In this document: positions 30,141 to 40,626 of the stretch, piece after piece
Position numbering within the stretch: position 1 is the first letter of the stretch
Layout: every line of letters begins with the position of its first letter
Source of the DNA: a virus
IMG/VR virus record: IMGVR_UViG_3300045412_000261
Span: 78,582-142,581 of that record
DNA length: 64,000 nt
Reading direction: 5' to 3' (one strand)
The notes under the pieces: model-generated
The model's database searches: none
What the model was told of the DNA's origin: nothing
Seen by the model: the letters and a program-made list of their open reading frames with translations, nothing else
Translations under genes and position numbers: made by a program

Positions 30141-33100
30141 ATGAGAATACTTTTTCCTACTATTTTTTCTGGTTCAGGCTACTTCTCTGGTTCTTTAGAG
30201 GGAGACGGGTCTAGGTTATATAATATTGTATCCTCATCTTATGCACTAACCGCATCATACGCTTTAAATAATAACGGAGTTGGATTTCCTTTCATAGGTA
30301 ATGCTAAAATAACAGGTTCTTTGAGTATTTCCGGTTCTAATGTAGATTTTACCAATGTGAGAGCTATATCCGGTTCTATATTTTCCGGGTCATTTGTAGG
30401 AGATGGTAGTGGATTAACAGGTATTACAGTATCTCAAGTCGCAACAGCTAAGTCTAATTTTCATGCAGTATATAGCGCATCTGTATACCATAATTTTAAT
30501 TCTAGGAATGTAAATGTATCAGTTTACGATAATAACAATAGATTATTTTTCCCTGATTCTATAGTTTTATCTACGCCAAATAGAGTTGACATAACTTTTT
30601 CTGGTCCTTCTACTGGATATGCAGTAGTATCTAAAGGCGGACATATAATAGAGCCTGCATCTGGTAGTGGTATAGGCTTCCCCTTTTCTGGGAGTGCTGT
30701 TATAACGGGTTCTTTTCTTGTATCCGGCTCTAAAGTAGATTTTACAAAAGTACAAGTAATATCCGGTTCCATATTCTCCGGTTCTTTCGTAGGAGATGGA
30801 AGTGGTTTGACAGGACTAACAGTATCTCAAGTAGCCACAGTTCAACATAGTTTTGTATCTACTTATAGTGCTTCTATAAATCACAACTTTAATTCTAGGA
30901 ATGTAAATGTAGCAGTTTACGATAATAATAATAAACTATTCTTTCCTGATTCGATAACTCTAGCCACTCCGGACAGAGTAGATTTAAGATTTTCGGGTAT
31001 ATCTTCTGGATATGCTGTTGTATCTAAAGGAGGACATTTAGTGACAGGAGTATATCCTATTTCAGGTAGCGGAATCGGTTTCCCCTTCTCTGGTAGTGCA
31101 GTTATAACAGGATCTTTATTAGTATCAGGTTCACACGTAGATTTCACTAATGTAAAAGCTATATCAGGTTCTATATTCTCCGGTTCTTTTGTAGGAGATG
31201 GAAGTAACCTAACTGGACTAACAATATCTCAAATAGCTACAGTACAACATACTTTTACTTCTGTTTTAAGTGCTTCTATAAATCATAACTTTAATTCTAG
31301 GAATGTAAATGTAGCAGTTTACGATACTAATAATAAACTATTCTTTCCCGATTCAATAAGATTAACCACACCAAATATAGTTGATGTAACTTTTTCCGGT
31401 TTATCTTCCGGATATGTTGTTATTTCAAAAGGTGGTCATTTAGTAACAGGAGTAGCTATACCTTCCGGTAGTGGGGTAGGATTTCCATTTTCCGGTAGTG
31501 CGGTTATAACAGGTTCATTATTTGTATCAGGTTCACACGTAGATTTAACTAATGTAAAAGCTATATCAGGTTCTATCTTCTCGGGATCTTTTGTAGGAGA
31601 TGGAAGTGGTTTAACGGGTTTAACAATATCTCAAGTAGCTACAGTACAAAGTAATTTTACTTCTGTATTTAGCGCTTCGGTAAATCACAACTTTAATTCT
31701 AGGAATGTAAACGTATCAGTTTATGATACTAACAATAAATTGTTTTTCCCGGACTCAATAACTTTAACTACGCCTAATAGAGTAGATATAATATTCTCCG
31801 GATTATCTTCTGGGTATGTAGTGGTATCTAAAGGAGGTCACCTCATAGCTCCATCCTCAGGTAGCGGAATCGGTTTCCCCTTCTCTGGTAGTGCGGTTAT
31901 AACAGGATCTTTACTAGTATCAGGTTCACACGTAGATTTCACTAATGTAAAAGCTATATCAGGTTCTATATTCTCCGGTTCTTTCGTAGGAGACGGAAGT
32001 AACCTAACTGGAATTACTGTATCCCAAGCTACTACAGTACAAAGTAATTTTACTTCTGTATATAGTGCCTCTGTAAATCATAACTTTAATTCTAGGAATG
32101 TAAACGTAGCAGTTTATGATACGAATAACAAGTTATTTTTCCCTGACTCAATAACCCTATCTACACTTAATAGAGCTGATATTATATTTTCAGGTCTGTC
32201 TTCCGGATATGTGGTGGTTTCTAAGGGAGGACATATACTAAGCGGGTCTTTACAAAACGCAGTAACTTTAGATAACCAACTACCTTCTTATTATTTAGAC
32301 TATAATAATCTTACTAATGTTCCCCCAACAAGTAGTGGTGATGGTTTTCCTTTTGCCGGAGACGCGGTTATAACAGGTTCATTATTAGTATCAGGATCTA
32401 AGGTAGATTTTTCAAAAGCTAAAGTAATATCAGGTTCTTTATTTTCCGGCTCATTTGTTGGAGACGGAAGCGGGTTAACAGGAATAACGGTATCTGAAAT
32501 AGCAACCATACAATCTACTTTTAATTCTGTATATAGCGCTTCTATAAATCATAACTTTAATTCCAAAAATATAAACGTAGCTGTATATGATAATAATGAT
32601 AAGTTATTTTTTCCTGATTCGATAACTTTAGCTACTCCCAATAGAGTTGACATAATATTCTCAGGATTATCCTCCGGATATGTCGTAGTCTCTAAAGGAG
32701 GCCATATTGTTACAGGAACATATCCAATTTCAGGGAGTGGTATTGGATTTCCATTCTCAGGTAAAGCAGTTATAACTGGATCTTTGTTTGTATCTGGGTC
32801 AAAAGTAGATTTCACTAATGTAAAAGCTATATCAGGTTCTATATTCTCCGGTTCTTTCGTAGGAGACGGAAGTAACCTAACTGGAATTACTGTATCCCAA
32901 GCTACTACAGTACAAAGTAATTTTACTTCTGTATATAGTGCCTCTGTAAATCATAACTTTAATTCTAGGAATGTAAACGTAGCAGTTTATGATACGAATA
33001 ACAAGTTATTTTTCCCTGACTCAATAACCCTATCTACACTTAATAGAGCTGATATTATATTTTCAGGTCTGTCTTCCGGATATGTGGTGGTTTCTAAGGG

Positions 33101-33899
33101 AGGACATATACTAAGCGGGTCTTTACAAAACGCAGTAACTTTAGATAACCAACTACCTTCTTATTATTTAGACTATAATAATCTTACTAATGTTCCCCCA
33201 ACAAGTAGTGGTGATGGTTTTCCTTTTGCCGGAGACGCGGTTATAACAGGTTCATTATTAGTATCAGGATCTAAGGTAGATTTTTCAAAAGCTAAAGTAA
33301 TATCAGGTTCTTTATTTTCCGGTTCATTTGTTGGAGACGGAAGCGGGTTAACAGGAATAACGGTATCGGAAGTTGCTACAATTCAAGCAACTTTTGTATC
33401 TATATATAGCGCTTCTATAAATCATAACTTTAATTCTAGAAATGTAAACGTAGCAGTTTATGATAGTAGCAATAGACTATTTTTCCCTGATTCAATAACT
33501 CTTCCAACATTAAATAGAGTTGATATAACTTTTTCTGGTCCTACTTCCGGATATGCAGTAATATCTAAAGGAGGACATATTGTTTCTGCTATATCATCCA
33601 TATCAGGTAGTGGAACCGACGGTAGATTAGCAAAGTTCAAAGGTTCTAACTATGTAACAGGTAGTTTAATACAAGAAAGTACAGCTGGTATAAAATTAGT
33701 TGGTAATATGCAATTAACAGGATCTTTTGCTGTTTCCGGTAGTAGAACTTCGGGCGGGGCTAGATTTTTAGCATCAATGACTATCCCAGTGGGAACAACA
33801 GCACAAAGACCCATAAGTCCACTAGCAGGATCCATTAGATTTAACACAAGTACAAATTTATTGGAGATATATACAGGTACTACATGGAGAACTATTTAA
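30141..33899 (+). CDS. Long tail fibre made of eight ~130-155 aa tandem repeats
   Basis: GFPF.G.A.ITGS...HNFNSRNVNV.VYD...SKGGH repeated eight times. Confidence 0.85.
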   Translation: MRILFPTIFSGSGYFSGSLEGDGSRLYNIVSSSYALTASYALNNNGVGFPFIGNAKITGSLSISGSNVDFTNVRAISGSIFSGSFVGDGSGLTGITVSQVATAKSNFHAVYSASVYHNFNSRNVNVSVYDNNNRLFFPDSIVLSTPNRVDITFSGPSTGYAVVSKGGHIIEPASGSGIGFPFSGSAVITGSFLVSGSKVDFTKVQVISGSIFSGSFVGDGSGLTGLTVSQVATVQHSFVSTYSASINHNFNSRNVNVAVYDNNNKLFFPDSITLATPDRVDLRFSGISSGYAVVSKGGHLVTGVYPISGSGIGFPFSGSAVITGSLLVSGSHVDFTNVKAISGSIFSGSFVGDGSNLTGLTISQIATVQHTFTSVLSASINHNFNSRNVNVAVYDTNNKLFFPDSIRLTTPNIVDVTFSGLSSGYVVISKGGHLVTGVAIPSGSGVGFPFSGSAVITGSLFVSGSHVDLTNVKAISGSIFSGSFVGDGSGLTGLTISQVATVQSNFTSVFSASVNHNFNSRNVNVSVYDTNNKLFFPDSITLTTPNRVDIIFSGLSSGYVVVSKGGHLIAPSSGSGIGFPFSGSAVITGSLLVSGSHVDFTNVKAISGSIFSGSFVGDGSNLTGITVSQATTVQSNFTSVYSASVNHNFNSRNVNVAVYDTNNKLFFPDSITLSTLNRADIIFSGLSSGYVVVSKGGHILSGSLQNAVTLDNQLPSYYLDYNNLTNVPPTSSGDGFPFAGDAVITGSLLVSGSKVDFSKAKVISGSLFSGSFVGDGSGLTGITVSEIATIQSTFNSVYSASINHNFNSKNINVAVYDNNDKLFFPDSITLATPNRVDIIFSGLSSGYVVVSKGGHIVTGTYPISGSGIGFPFSGKAVITGSLFVSGSKVDFTNVKAISGSIFSGSFVGDGSNLTGITVSQATTVQSNFTSVYSASVNHNFNSRNVNVAVYDTNNKLFFPDSITLSTLNRADIIFSGLSSGYVVVSKGGHILSGSLQNAVTLDNQLPSYYLDYNNLTNVPPTSSGDGFPFAGDAVITGSLLVSGSKVDFSKAKVISGSLFSGSFVGDGSGLTGITVSEVATIQATFVSIYSASINHNFNSRNVNVAVYDSSNRLFFPDSITLPTLNRVDITFSGPTSGYAVISKGGHIVSAISSISGSGTDGRLAKFKGSNYVTGSLIQESTAGIKLVGNMQLTGSFAVSGSRTSGGARFLASMTIPVGTTAQRPISPLAGSIRFNTSTNLLEIYTGTTWRTI
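31932..33367 (+). repeat. Near-perfect 563-bp direct repeat (31932-32494 and 32805-33367)
   Basis: Offset 873 bp (291 codons); one mismatch noticed by eye (32450 C versus 33323 T). Confidence 0.85.
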
Positions 33900-34011
33900 T
33901 TTGTTTAAAACATGGAAATAAATATCATAAACAACAAAAAAAAACTATTTATGATAAATAACATTATTTGATTTTTAACATCAATAATTATATATAGTAA
34001 AAAGAATAAAC

Positions 34012-34374
34012 ATGGCACATTTTGCAAGATTAGGATTAGATAATATAGTTGAAGAAGTTGTAGTAGTTAATAATGTGGATATAATGACACCTCAAGGTGT
34101 TGAAACCGAGTCAATAGGAATAGAATACTTAAAAAAATTATTTGGACAGGGTACTATATGGGTTCAAACATCATATAATGGATCCTTTAGAAAAAATTTT
34201 GCGGGGAAAGGATATGTATATAATTCAACATTAGACGCTTTCATTCCTCCAAAAAATAATAGTACATGGATATTAGATGAAAGTACATGTCAATGGATTC
34301 CTCCAATTCCTTATCCTAATGATGGAAATACATATAATTGGAGTGAAGAAAATCAAGAATGGTATTTAGTTTAA
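34012..34374 (+). CDS. Fibre-associated protein (MAHFA family)
   Basis: Paralog of 25840..26265. Confidence 0.7.
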   Translation: MAHFARLGLDNIVEEVVVVNNVDIMTPQGVETESIGIEYLKKLFGQGTIWVQTSYNGSFRKNFAGKGYVYNSTLDAFIPPKNNSTWILDESTCQWIPPIPYPNDGNTYNWSEENQEWYLV

Positions 34375-34416
34375 ATATTAGTTTCAAAATGATAACTAAT
34401 GAAATAATACATAAAA

Positions 34417-37400
34417 ATGAGAATAGACAAATTAACAGTATCTAGTTCAATACAAATAATAGATAGTAATAAGAATCCATTACAAATAAATGATAATGTT
34501 CTATTTGTTTCTAGTAGTGGAAATGTAGGTATAGGAACATTAAATCCAAAACATAAATTACAAGTACATGGAGTGGTATCTGCTTCTGTATTTTTAGGAG
34601 ATGGAAGTGGACTAACTGGAATATCAAATATAACTTTTGCTAGTTTAACGGGAAAACCAACAGGACTTGTTAGTAGTTCAGCCCAATTAGCTAACACTAC
34701 AATTCCGGGTAATTTAACTATATCTGGTAAATTAACTGCTGAGGAATATTTTACTGAATTTGTTAGCGCATCTATTATATACAAATCAGGTTCTTCTAAG
34801 TTTGGTAATAGTCTTAATGATAAGCATCAATTTACTGGATCTATGTATGTTACAGGTTCAGTTAGAGCCACTAGTTTTATAGGTGACGGAAGCGGATTAA
34901 CAGGAGTTTTACTAGAGGGAGATTTTACACATACTGCATCTTTTACTAATACTACTAACGCAACAGTAGTACATAACCTAAATACTAAAAATGTTGTAGT
35001 ATCTGTTTATGATACTACTAACAAATTAATTATTCCTGATGAGATTATATTAACAAACGATAATACGGTTAATGTATTATTTGTTAATCCTCGTTCTGGA
35101 TTTGCAGTAGTTAATACCGGAGGTCATATTGTATCCGGAACTTCATATAATATAACTGAGTATAATAATATTTTAAATAAGCCAGTAGGTATAGTATCAG
35201 GTTCGTCTCAAATACTATATTCCGGCATATCTAATAAACCTACAAATTTAATATCAGGATCTTCTCAAGTATCTTATTCCGGAATAATAAACAAACCAAC
35301 AGGGATTATTAGTAGCTCCGCTCAATTAGCAAATGCTACCATTCCTGGAAATTTGACAGTTTCAGGAAAAATAACAGCAGAAGAGTTTCACACAGAATTT
35401 GTAAGCGCGTCAATAGTTTATAAATCGGGGTCATCTAAATTTGGAAACAGTTTAGATGATAGGCACCAGTTTACCGGTTCTGTAAGTATCACAGGTTCTT
35501 TAAGAGCTTCTTCCTTTATAGGTGATGGTAGTGGTTTAATAAATGTCCCTAATGCAAATATAGGTTCTAACTTTGGAAGATTGAACAGTTATGCAATATA
35601 TAATACCACATCCTCATTAACTAGAGCTAGATTATACGATGCTCCGATAACTTGGGAAATGAGAGATGATTTTGGAATTGTAGTATCAGAAAATGTTAGA
35701 AAGGCAGGACCTTCTACATACTTAAAAATTGCTCCTACTACATCATCTTATAATGCCACATTACATTCTATACAAGCGTATGGTACATCATCTTATGTTT
35801 CAGCTAAAGCAACTAGTGTATCATCAATAGCTGCTTTTGGATTGAATAATGACCCAAGAGCTAATACTCTTTTTACTAGTATAGATTACGCATGGTTATT
35901 AGCTACAGGATCTTCTAGAATCTACGAAGGAACTACTTTTGTCGGTACCTTTGGAACTCACACAACAGATACAGAACACAGTATTGAGTTTGCGGGCTCT
36001 AATGTAATTTATAAAAAAGCAGGAGTAGTTCAAAGATCTGTATTTAGAAATACTAGACATGCCCTAGCCTTAGACACAGCTTTTACTAATAACAATGAAC
36101 AAGGATTAAAGAATCTTATATTTTCGGCATCTGGTAGTATAGAAGATAATAATTGGACATCTGTAACATGGTCTCCACAATTAGAAAGATATGTTGCAGT
36201 AGCAGAGTCCGGATTATACCCTATAGCATATTCTACAGATGCTACCAACTGGATTCCGGCAAGTTTAGACGAGCCTATAACTTGGACTAGAAATTTTTTA
36301 GGCACAGGAGTAGTTGAGTCTGGAAGTAATCATTTTAGAAAAACTTCGGGTACAACTGCCTTTAATGCCTCTGTTTATTCTTCGGAGAGATACCCTAGAT
36401 TGGTATACACTCAAGCAAGATATAGTGCACAATCAACCGTAGGATCTCTGATGTTTGGATTAAATACTGATCCGGCGGTATCTGCAAATTATGAGTCTAT
36501 AGATTACGCTTTTTATGTTATTGATGGGACACTCCAAATATATGAGAGTAGTGTGGTGAGTAATCTTTCTGCTTCATTTAATACTTATACATCAACTACA
36601 GTACTTAGAATAGAATATGATGGAACATACGTGAGTTATTTAAGAGATGGAGTTACAGTAAGAAGAGTACAAAGAAATCTATCCGGATCTTTAGGATTTG
36701 ACACGTCTTTTAATTCCGTTACTCCTACTGGCGGGATAAGAGATGTGGAATTTGGACTCAGATATACTCCAAACCATCAATGGTCTTCAGTTACTTGGTC
36801 TCCGCAACTAGGTCTATTTGTTGCAGTATCAAAAACAGGTACTAGAAGAATTAGAACTTCATCAAACGGTATAAATTGGAATAGAATACAAGAACCTGAA
36901 TCAAACGCATGGGAATCTGTTATATGGTCGCCTGAATTAGCTTTGTTTGTAGCCGTTTCGAGTACAGGAACAAGTAGAGTAATGACCTCTTCTGATGGAG
37001 TAACATGGACATCTAGAACCGCCGCCGAGCAAAACAGCTGGGTTTCTGTAGCATGGTCTCCTTCTTTGTCTTTATTTGTTGCAGTGTCTAGTGACGGTAC
37101 AAATAGAGTAATGACTTCTTCTAATGGAATAACATGGGCTACTAGATCAGCAGCTCAACAAAATAGTTGGGATTCAATCGCATGGTCTCCTGAATTAGGT
37201 TTATTTGCAGCGGTTTCCACAGATGGTGTAAATAGAGTTATGACCTCAACTAATGGTATAAATTGGATTGCTAGATTAGCAGCAGAGCAAAATAGCTGGA
37301 AATCTATTACATGGTCTCCGGACATACTAATGTTTATGGCTGTAGCTAGTAGTGGGACTAATAGGAGCATGTATTCCCGAGATGGGATTACCTGGGTATC

Positions 37401-37869
37401 TTTAGCAACTCCTAGACAAAACGAATGGACATCCGTCGTATGGTCTCCTAGAAATAGTTCTTTTGTAGCCGTTGCTAGAACAGGTATTCAAAGAGTTATG
37501 GAGTCTGTTCAAAAAACGTCTTTAAATTCATTAAATCCGACAACAGGCTTTGTTGTATCAGCGACTGACGCAATACAATTACCTGCTGGTACGGAAGGAC
37601 AAAGACCGGAGCTTGCAGGTAGGGGCATGATTAGATATAATACGAGTAGAGATAGAATGGAGTACTATGGTAGTAGATGGACAGGTTTATCTGACGATAA
37701 TAACTCTGGAATCCTCCCAATAGGATCTACCGCTCAAAGAGTTGCTTTACCACAAACAGGATCTATAAGATTTAATACTCAAACTAGAAGAGTAGAAGTA
37801 TTTACAGGATTTGGAGGATTTGATGGTAGAGGATGGAATACTTTAGTTTTCTCAGGTAGTGCTGTATAA
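34417..37869 (+). CDS. Tail fibre/spike with beta-propeller repeats
   Basis: Seven W.SV.WSP.L..FVAV...G..R.MTS..G..W repeats; internal duplication of SASI.YKSGSSKFGNSL.D.HQFTGS. Confidence 0.8.
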   Translation: MRIDKLTVSSSIQIIDSNKNPLQINDNVLFVSSSGNVGIGTLNPKHKLQVHGVVSASVFLGDGSGLTGISNITFASLTGKPTGLVSSSAQLANTTIPGNLTISGKLTAEEYFTEFVSASIIYKSGSSKFGNSLNDKHQFTGSMYVTGSVRATSFIGDGSGLTGVLLEGDFTHTASFTNTTNATVVHNLNTKNVVVSVYDTTNKLIIPDEIILTNDNTVNVLFVNPRSGFAVVNTGGHIVSGTSYNITEYNNILNKPVGIVSGSSQILYSGISNKPTNLISGSSQVSYSGIINKPTGIISSSAQLANATIPGNLTVSGKITAEEFHTEFVSASIVYKSGSSKFGNSLDDRHQFTGSVSITGSLRASSFIGDGSGLINVPNANIGSNFGRLNSYAIYNTTSSLTRARLYDAPITWEMRDDFGIVVSENVRKAGPSTYLKIAPTTSSYNATLHSIQAYGTSSYVSAKATSVSSIAAFGLNNDPRANTLFTSIDYAWLLATGSSRIYEGTTFVGTFGTHTTDTEHSIEFAGSNVIYKKAGVVQRSVFRNTRHALALDTAFTNNNEQGLKNLIFSASGSIEDNNWTSVTWSPQLERYVAVAESGLYPIAYSTDATNWIPASLDEPITWTRNFLGTGVVESGSNHFRKTSGTTAFNASVYSSERYPRLVYTQARYSAQSTVGSLMFGLNTDPAVSANYESIDYAFYVIDGTLQIYESSVVSNLSASFNTYTSTTVLRIEYDGTYVSYLRDGVTVRRVQRNLSGSLGFDTSFNSVTPTGGIRDVEFGLRYTPNHQWSSVTWSPQLGLFVAVSKTGTRRIRTSSNGINWNRIQEPESNAWESVIWSPELALFVAVSSTGTSRVMTSSDGVTWTSRTAAEQNSWVSVAWSPSLSLFVAVSSDGTNRVMTSSNGITWATRSAAQQNSWDSIAWSPELGLFAAVSTDGVNRVMTSTNGINWIARLAAEQNSWKSITWSPDILMFMAVASSGTNRSMYSRDGITWVSLATPRQNEWTSVVWSPRNSSFVAVARTGIQRVMESVQKTSLNSLNPTTGFVVSATDAIQLPAGTEGQRPELAGRGMIRYNTSRDRMEYYGSRWTGLSDDNNSGILPIGSTAQRVALPQTGSIRFNTQTRRVEVFTGFGGFDGRGWNTLVFSGSAV

Positions 37870-37886
37870 AAATAAAAAATTAAAAA

Positions 37887-39140
37887 ATGAAAGTAGAAAA
37901 ATTAACTGGGATATTTACAGGTTCTTTTATTGGAGATGGCTCTCAATTGTCCGGAGTTGTATCCTATACTAATACAGATACTCTAAATTATATAAATTCT
38001 AGAAATGTTATTTCCGGATCTACCCAAGTTTCTTTTACAGGACTTAGAAATAGACCTACTTTAGTTTCCGGTTCATCTCAAATATCTTTCGCAGGTATAA
38101 CAAATAAACCGTCTATTATATCTGGAAGTGGTGTTAATGCATACATACCAGTATATCAAGGTAAGAATTTTATAGCTTCTAGTTCTTTATTTCAGACAGG
38201 AAGTAATATTAGAATCCAATCAACAGGTTATTTACAAATACCTGTAGGAACAACTGGACAAAGAATATTTTCCCCTCCCGGTTCAATAAGATATAATACA
38301 ACATTAGGAGTAGCCGAAATATACAGCGGAACTAGCTGGGTTTCGTTTGCGGAGGGGTCTTATACAATAGAATATATAGTAGTTGCCGGGGGAGGTAGTG
38401 GTGGTCAAGGTGGAGGAGGAGGAGGAGGTGCCGGCGGATTTCTCTCAGGATCCTTGGTTGTGCAAAAAAATAGAACTTATCCAATAACGATAGGTGCAGG
38501 AGCAGCAGCAACACCAAACTCAGCAGGTCCTGGTGATGTAAATGGTTTAAGTGGAAATAACTCTAGTATATCAGATATAATAGTATGTATAGGCGGTGGA
38601 GGAGGTGGAGCTTTCGTTACTAATAACTCAGGTCTTTCAGGAGGTTCCGGTGGCGGTGGAGGAGCTACAGTAGGATCCACAGGAGGAGCCGGTAATAGTC
38701 CACAAGGGAAAAGAGGTGGAGACACTGTTTCAAGCAATCTTGGAGCAGGCGGAGGCGGTGGCGCTATGGTTAACGGAGGCGCAGGGCAGCCAACCGCGGG
38801 TACAGGAGGCGCAGGAGCTACAACTAGATTCACAGGACCTATAACCTCATACGCAGGAGGAGGTGGAGGTGGAGAGTATGGAGGCACGGCTGCCGCAGGT
38901 GGTGTTGGAGGAGGTGGTACAGGGAATAGTAACTCAAATGGAACCGCTGGTACAGTAAATACAGGTGGAGGCGGTGGTGGTGGTTCTTTCAACACTACTT
39001 TCTTTGGAGGGGGTGCCGGAGGTTCGGGTATAGTAATCTTAAAGTATTACGGAGGACCAAAAGGAATAGGAGGCATAGCTACAACATGGTCCGGTTCTAC
39101 TATTCATACTTTTACAGGAGCAGGTTCCTTTACAGCATAA
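37887..39140 (+). CDS. Tail fibre with Gly-rich C-terminal domain
   Basis: GSFIGDGSQL start; IEYIVVAGGG...GGSGIVILKY...HTFT. Confidence 0.75.
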   Translation: MKVEKLTGIFTGSFIGDGSQLSGVVSYTNTDTLNYINSRNVISGSTQVSFTGLRNRPTLVSGSSQISFAGITNKPSIISGSGVNAYIPVYQGKNFIASSSLFQTGSNIRIQSTGYLQIPVGTTGQRIFSPPGSIRYNTTLGVAEIYSGTSWVSFAEGSYTIEYIVVAGGGSGGQGGGGGGGAGGFLSGSLVVQKNRTYPITIGAGAAATPNSAGPGDVNGLSGNNSSISDIIVCIGGGGGGAFVTNNSGLSGGSGGGGGATVGSTGGAGNSPQGKRGGDTVSSNLGAGGGGGAMVNGGAGQPTAGTGGAGATTRFTGPITSYAGGGGGGEYGGTAAAGGVGGGGTGNSNSNGTAGTVNTGGGGGGGSFNTTFFGGGAGGSGIVILKYYGGPKGIGGIATTWSGSTIHTFTGAGSFTA

Positions 39141-39166
39141 TTTATATAACATAATAAAAAAACAAA

Positions 39167-39700
39167 ATGCCAGCAAAATCAGAAAAACAACAAAAATTCT
39201 TTCAGTTAGTAAAAGCATATAAAGATAAAAAAATGTCGGCAGCGGATGTAGGAAAGAATGTAGAAGATGTAGCTAAAAATATGTCAGATAAAGAAATTGA
39301 GAAATTTACGAAATTGACAAAAGAAGATATCCAAGAACTAAAAGAATTATTAAACATAAAAAAAGAAAATGCAATGTCGGATGTAAAACCTAATGATGTG
39401 GAGAATGCGGAAGAAGGTAAGATGGCAAAATATCAAGCTAAAGACATTATGAAATATGCTTTAGAGATTCATAAGATGATAAATGAAAGAGATGATTTAC
39501 CAGAATGGGTAGAATCTAAAATAACAAAAGCTCATGATTACATGTCAACTTTATGTCAGTATATGTCAAATGAATTAGAGAATGATCCTAATGCATTTAA
39601 GAAAACAGATGAAGGGTATTATAGTAGAAAACCTAAGTCAGGAAAAGTAGGAGGCATTGGAAGATTGGTTGGTGCTGCAATGTCAATAGGAAAGAGGTAA
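39167..39700 (+). CDS. Probable head-associated/internal protein
   Basis: MPAKSEKQQKFF N-terminus and EG.MAK.Q...DLPEWVESKITKA.DY domain seen in large-myovirus proteins. Confidence 0.5.
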   Translation: MPAKSEKQQKFFQLVKAYKDKKMSAADVGKNVEDVAKNMSDKEIEKFTKLTKEDIQELKELLNIKKENAMSDVKPNDVENAEEGKMAKYQAKDIMKYALEIHKMINERDDLPEWVESKITKAHDYMSTLCQYMSNELENDPNAFKKTDEGYYSRKPKSGKVGGIGRLVGAAMSIGKR

Positions 39701-39741
39701 ATGTTTTATATATTTTTTCGATTTTAAAATAATGTAATAAA

Positions 39742-40626
39742 ATGCAAGACATGGAATTAATAAAAAAAATTCAAGAGTTTTTTGGATTTACTAAGACTGG
39801 AGAATATGATTCATTAACTGAAGCAGCAGTAAAGAATGTGCAAAGAAGTAATGAAGTTTATCCCGACGGAAAATTAGATGATTATACGGTTAACCTTATT
39901 TTCGAAGGAGAACTCACAACTGATTTTCTAAGTAGAGTAGAAGTGTCCGGCGATTTAGTTATTGATAGAAGACATATGCCCGAAAAGGAATATATAAAAA
40001 CAGAAACAAAAAAAGAGTATATTTTCCTACATCATACAGCCGGATGGGATAATCCATATAATGTTATAAATGGATGGGCTACAGATACTAGGGGTAGAGT
40101 AGGAACTCAATATGTTATAGGTGGACAAAATATTACAAATGTTTCCCATAAATACGATGGTATTATTGTTGAAGCATTTCCAAAAGAGTATTATGCTTAT
40201 CATTTAGGCATTGGAGCTACTTACATGCATTCAAGATCAGTAGGGATTGAATTATGTAATTTCGGATACCTAACAAAAGAGGGTACTAAATTTTACACCT
40301 ATACAAGAAGGGAAGTGCACCCAAGTCAAGTAGTAACATTGAAGAAAGATTTTAGAGGATTTAGATATTTCCATAAATATTCTGACAATCAAATATCTGC
40401 ATTGAAAAAATTACTTATAAAAATATCTAACGATCATTCTATTGATTTAAAAAGCGGGCTACACACATATTTCAATTCACAAGATCCATTTATAGCTTTA
40501 GATTATAAAGATGACGTAAAGAAAGGTCTTGTGAAAGGTGTATTCTCTCATACTAATGTTATCATGTCCGGCAAATGGGATATTTTCCCGCAGGATGAAA
40601 TAGTAGATATGATGAGAAGTATTTAA
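39742..40626 (+). CDS. Endolysin, N-acetylmuramoyl-L-alanine amidase (Amidase_2) with N-terminal PG-binding-like region
   Basis: IFLHHTAG, SVGIELCN, SHTNV...KWDIFP motifs. Confidence 0.8.
   Translation: MQDMELIKKIQEFFGFTKTGEYDSLTEAAVKNVQRSNEVYPDGKLDDYTVNLIFEGELTTDFLSRVEVSGDLVIDRRHMPEKEYIKTETKKEYIFLHHTAGWDNPYNVINGWATDTRGRVGTQYVIGGQNITNVSHKYDGIIVEAFPKEYYAYHLGIGATYMHSRSVGIELCNFGYLTKEGTKFYTYTRREVHPSQVVTLKKDFRGFRYFHKYSDNQISALKKLLIKISNDHSIDLKSGLHTYFNSQDPFIALDYKDDVKKGLVKGVFSHTNVIMSGKWDIFPQDEIVDMMRSI

Noticed and set aside
4971-38995. Short antisense or alternative-frame ORFs in the track (e.g. 9362, 9579, 9644, 23284, 30524, 34371, 38477)
   Set aside because: They are shadows of repetitive or Gly/Pro-rich genes on the coding strand.
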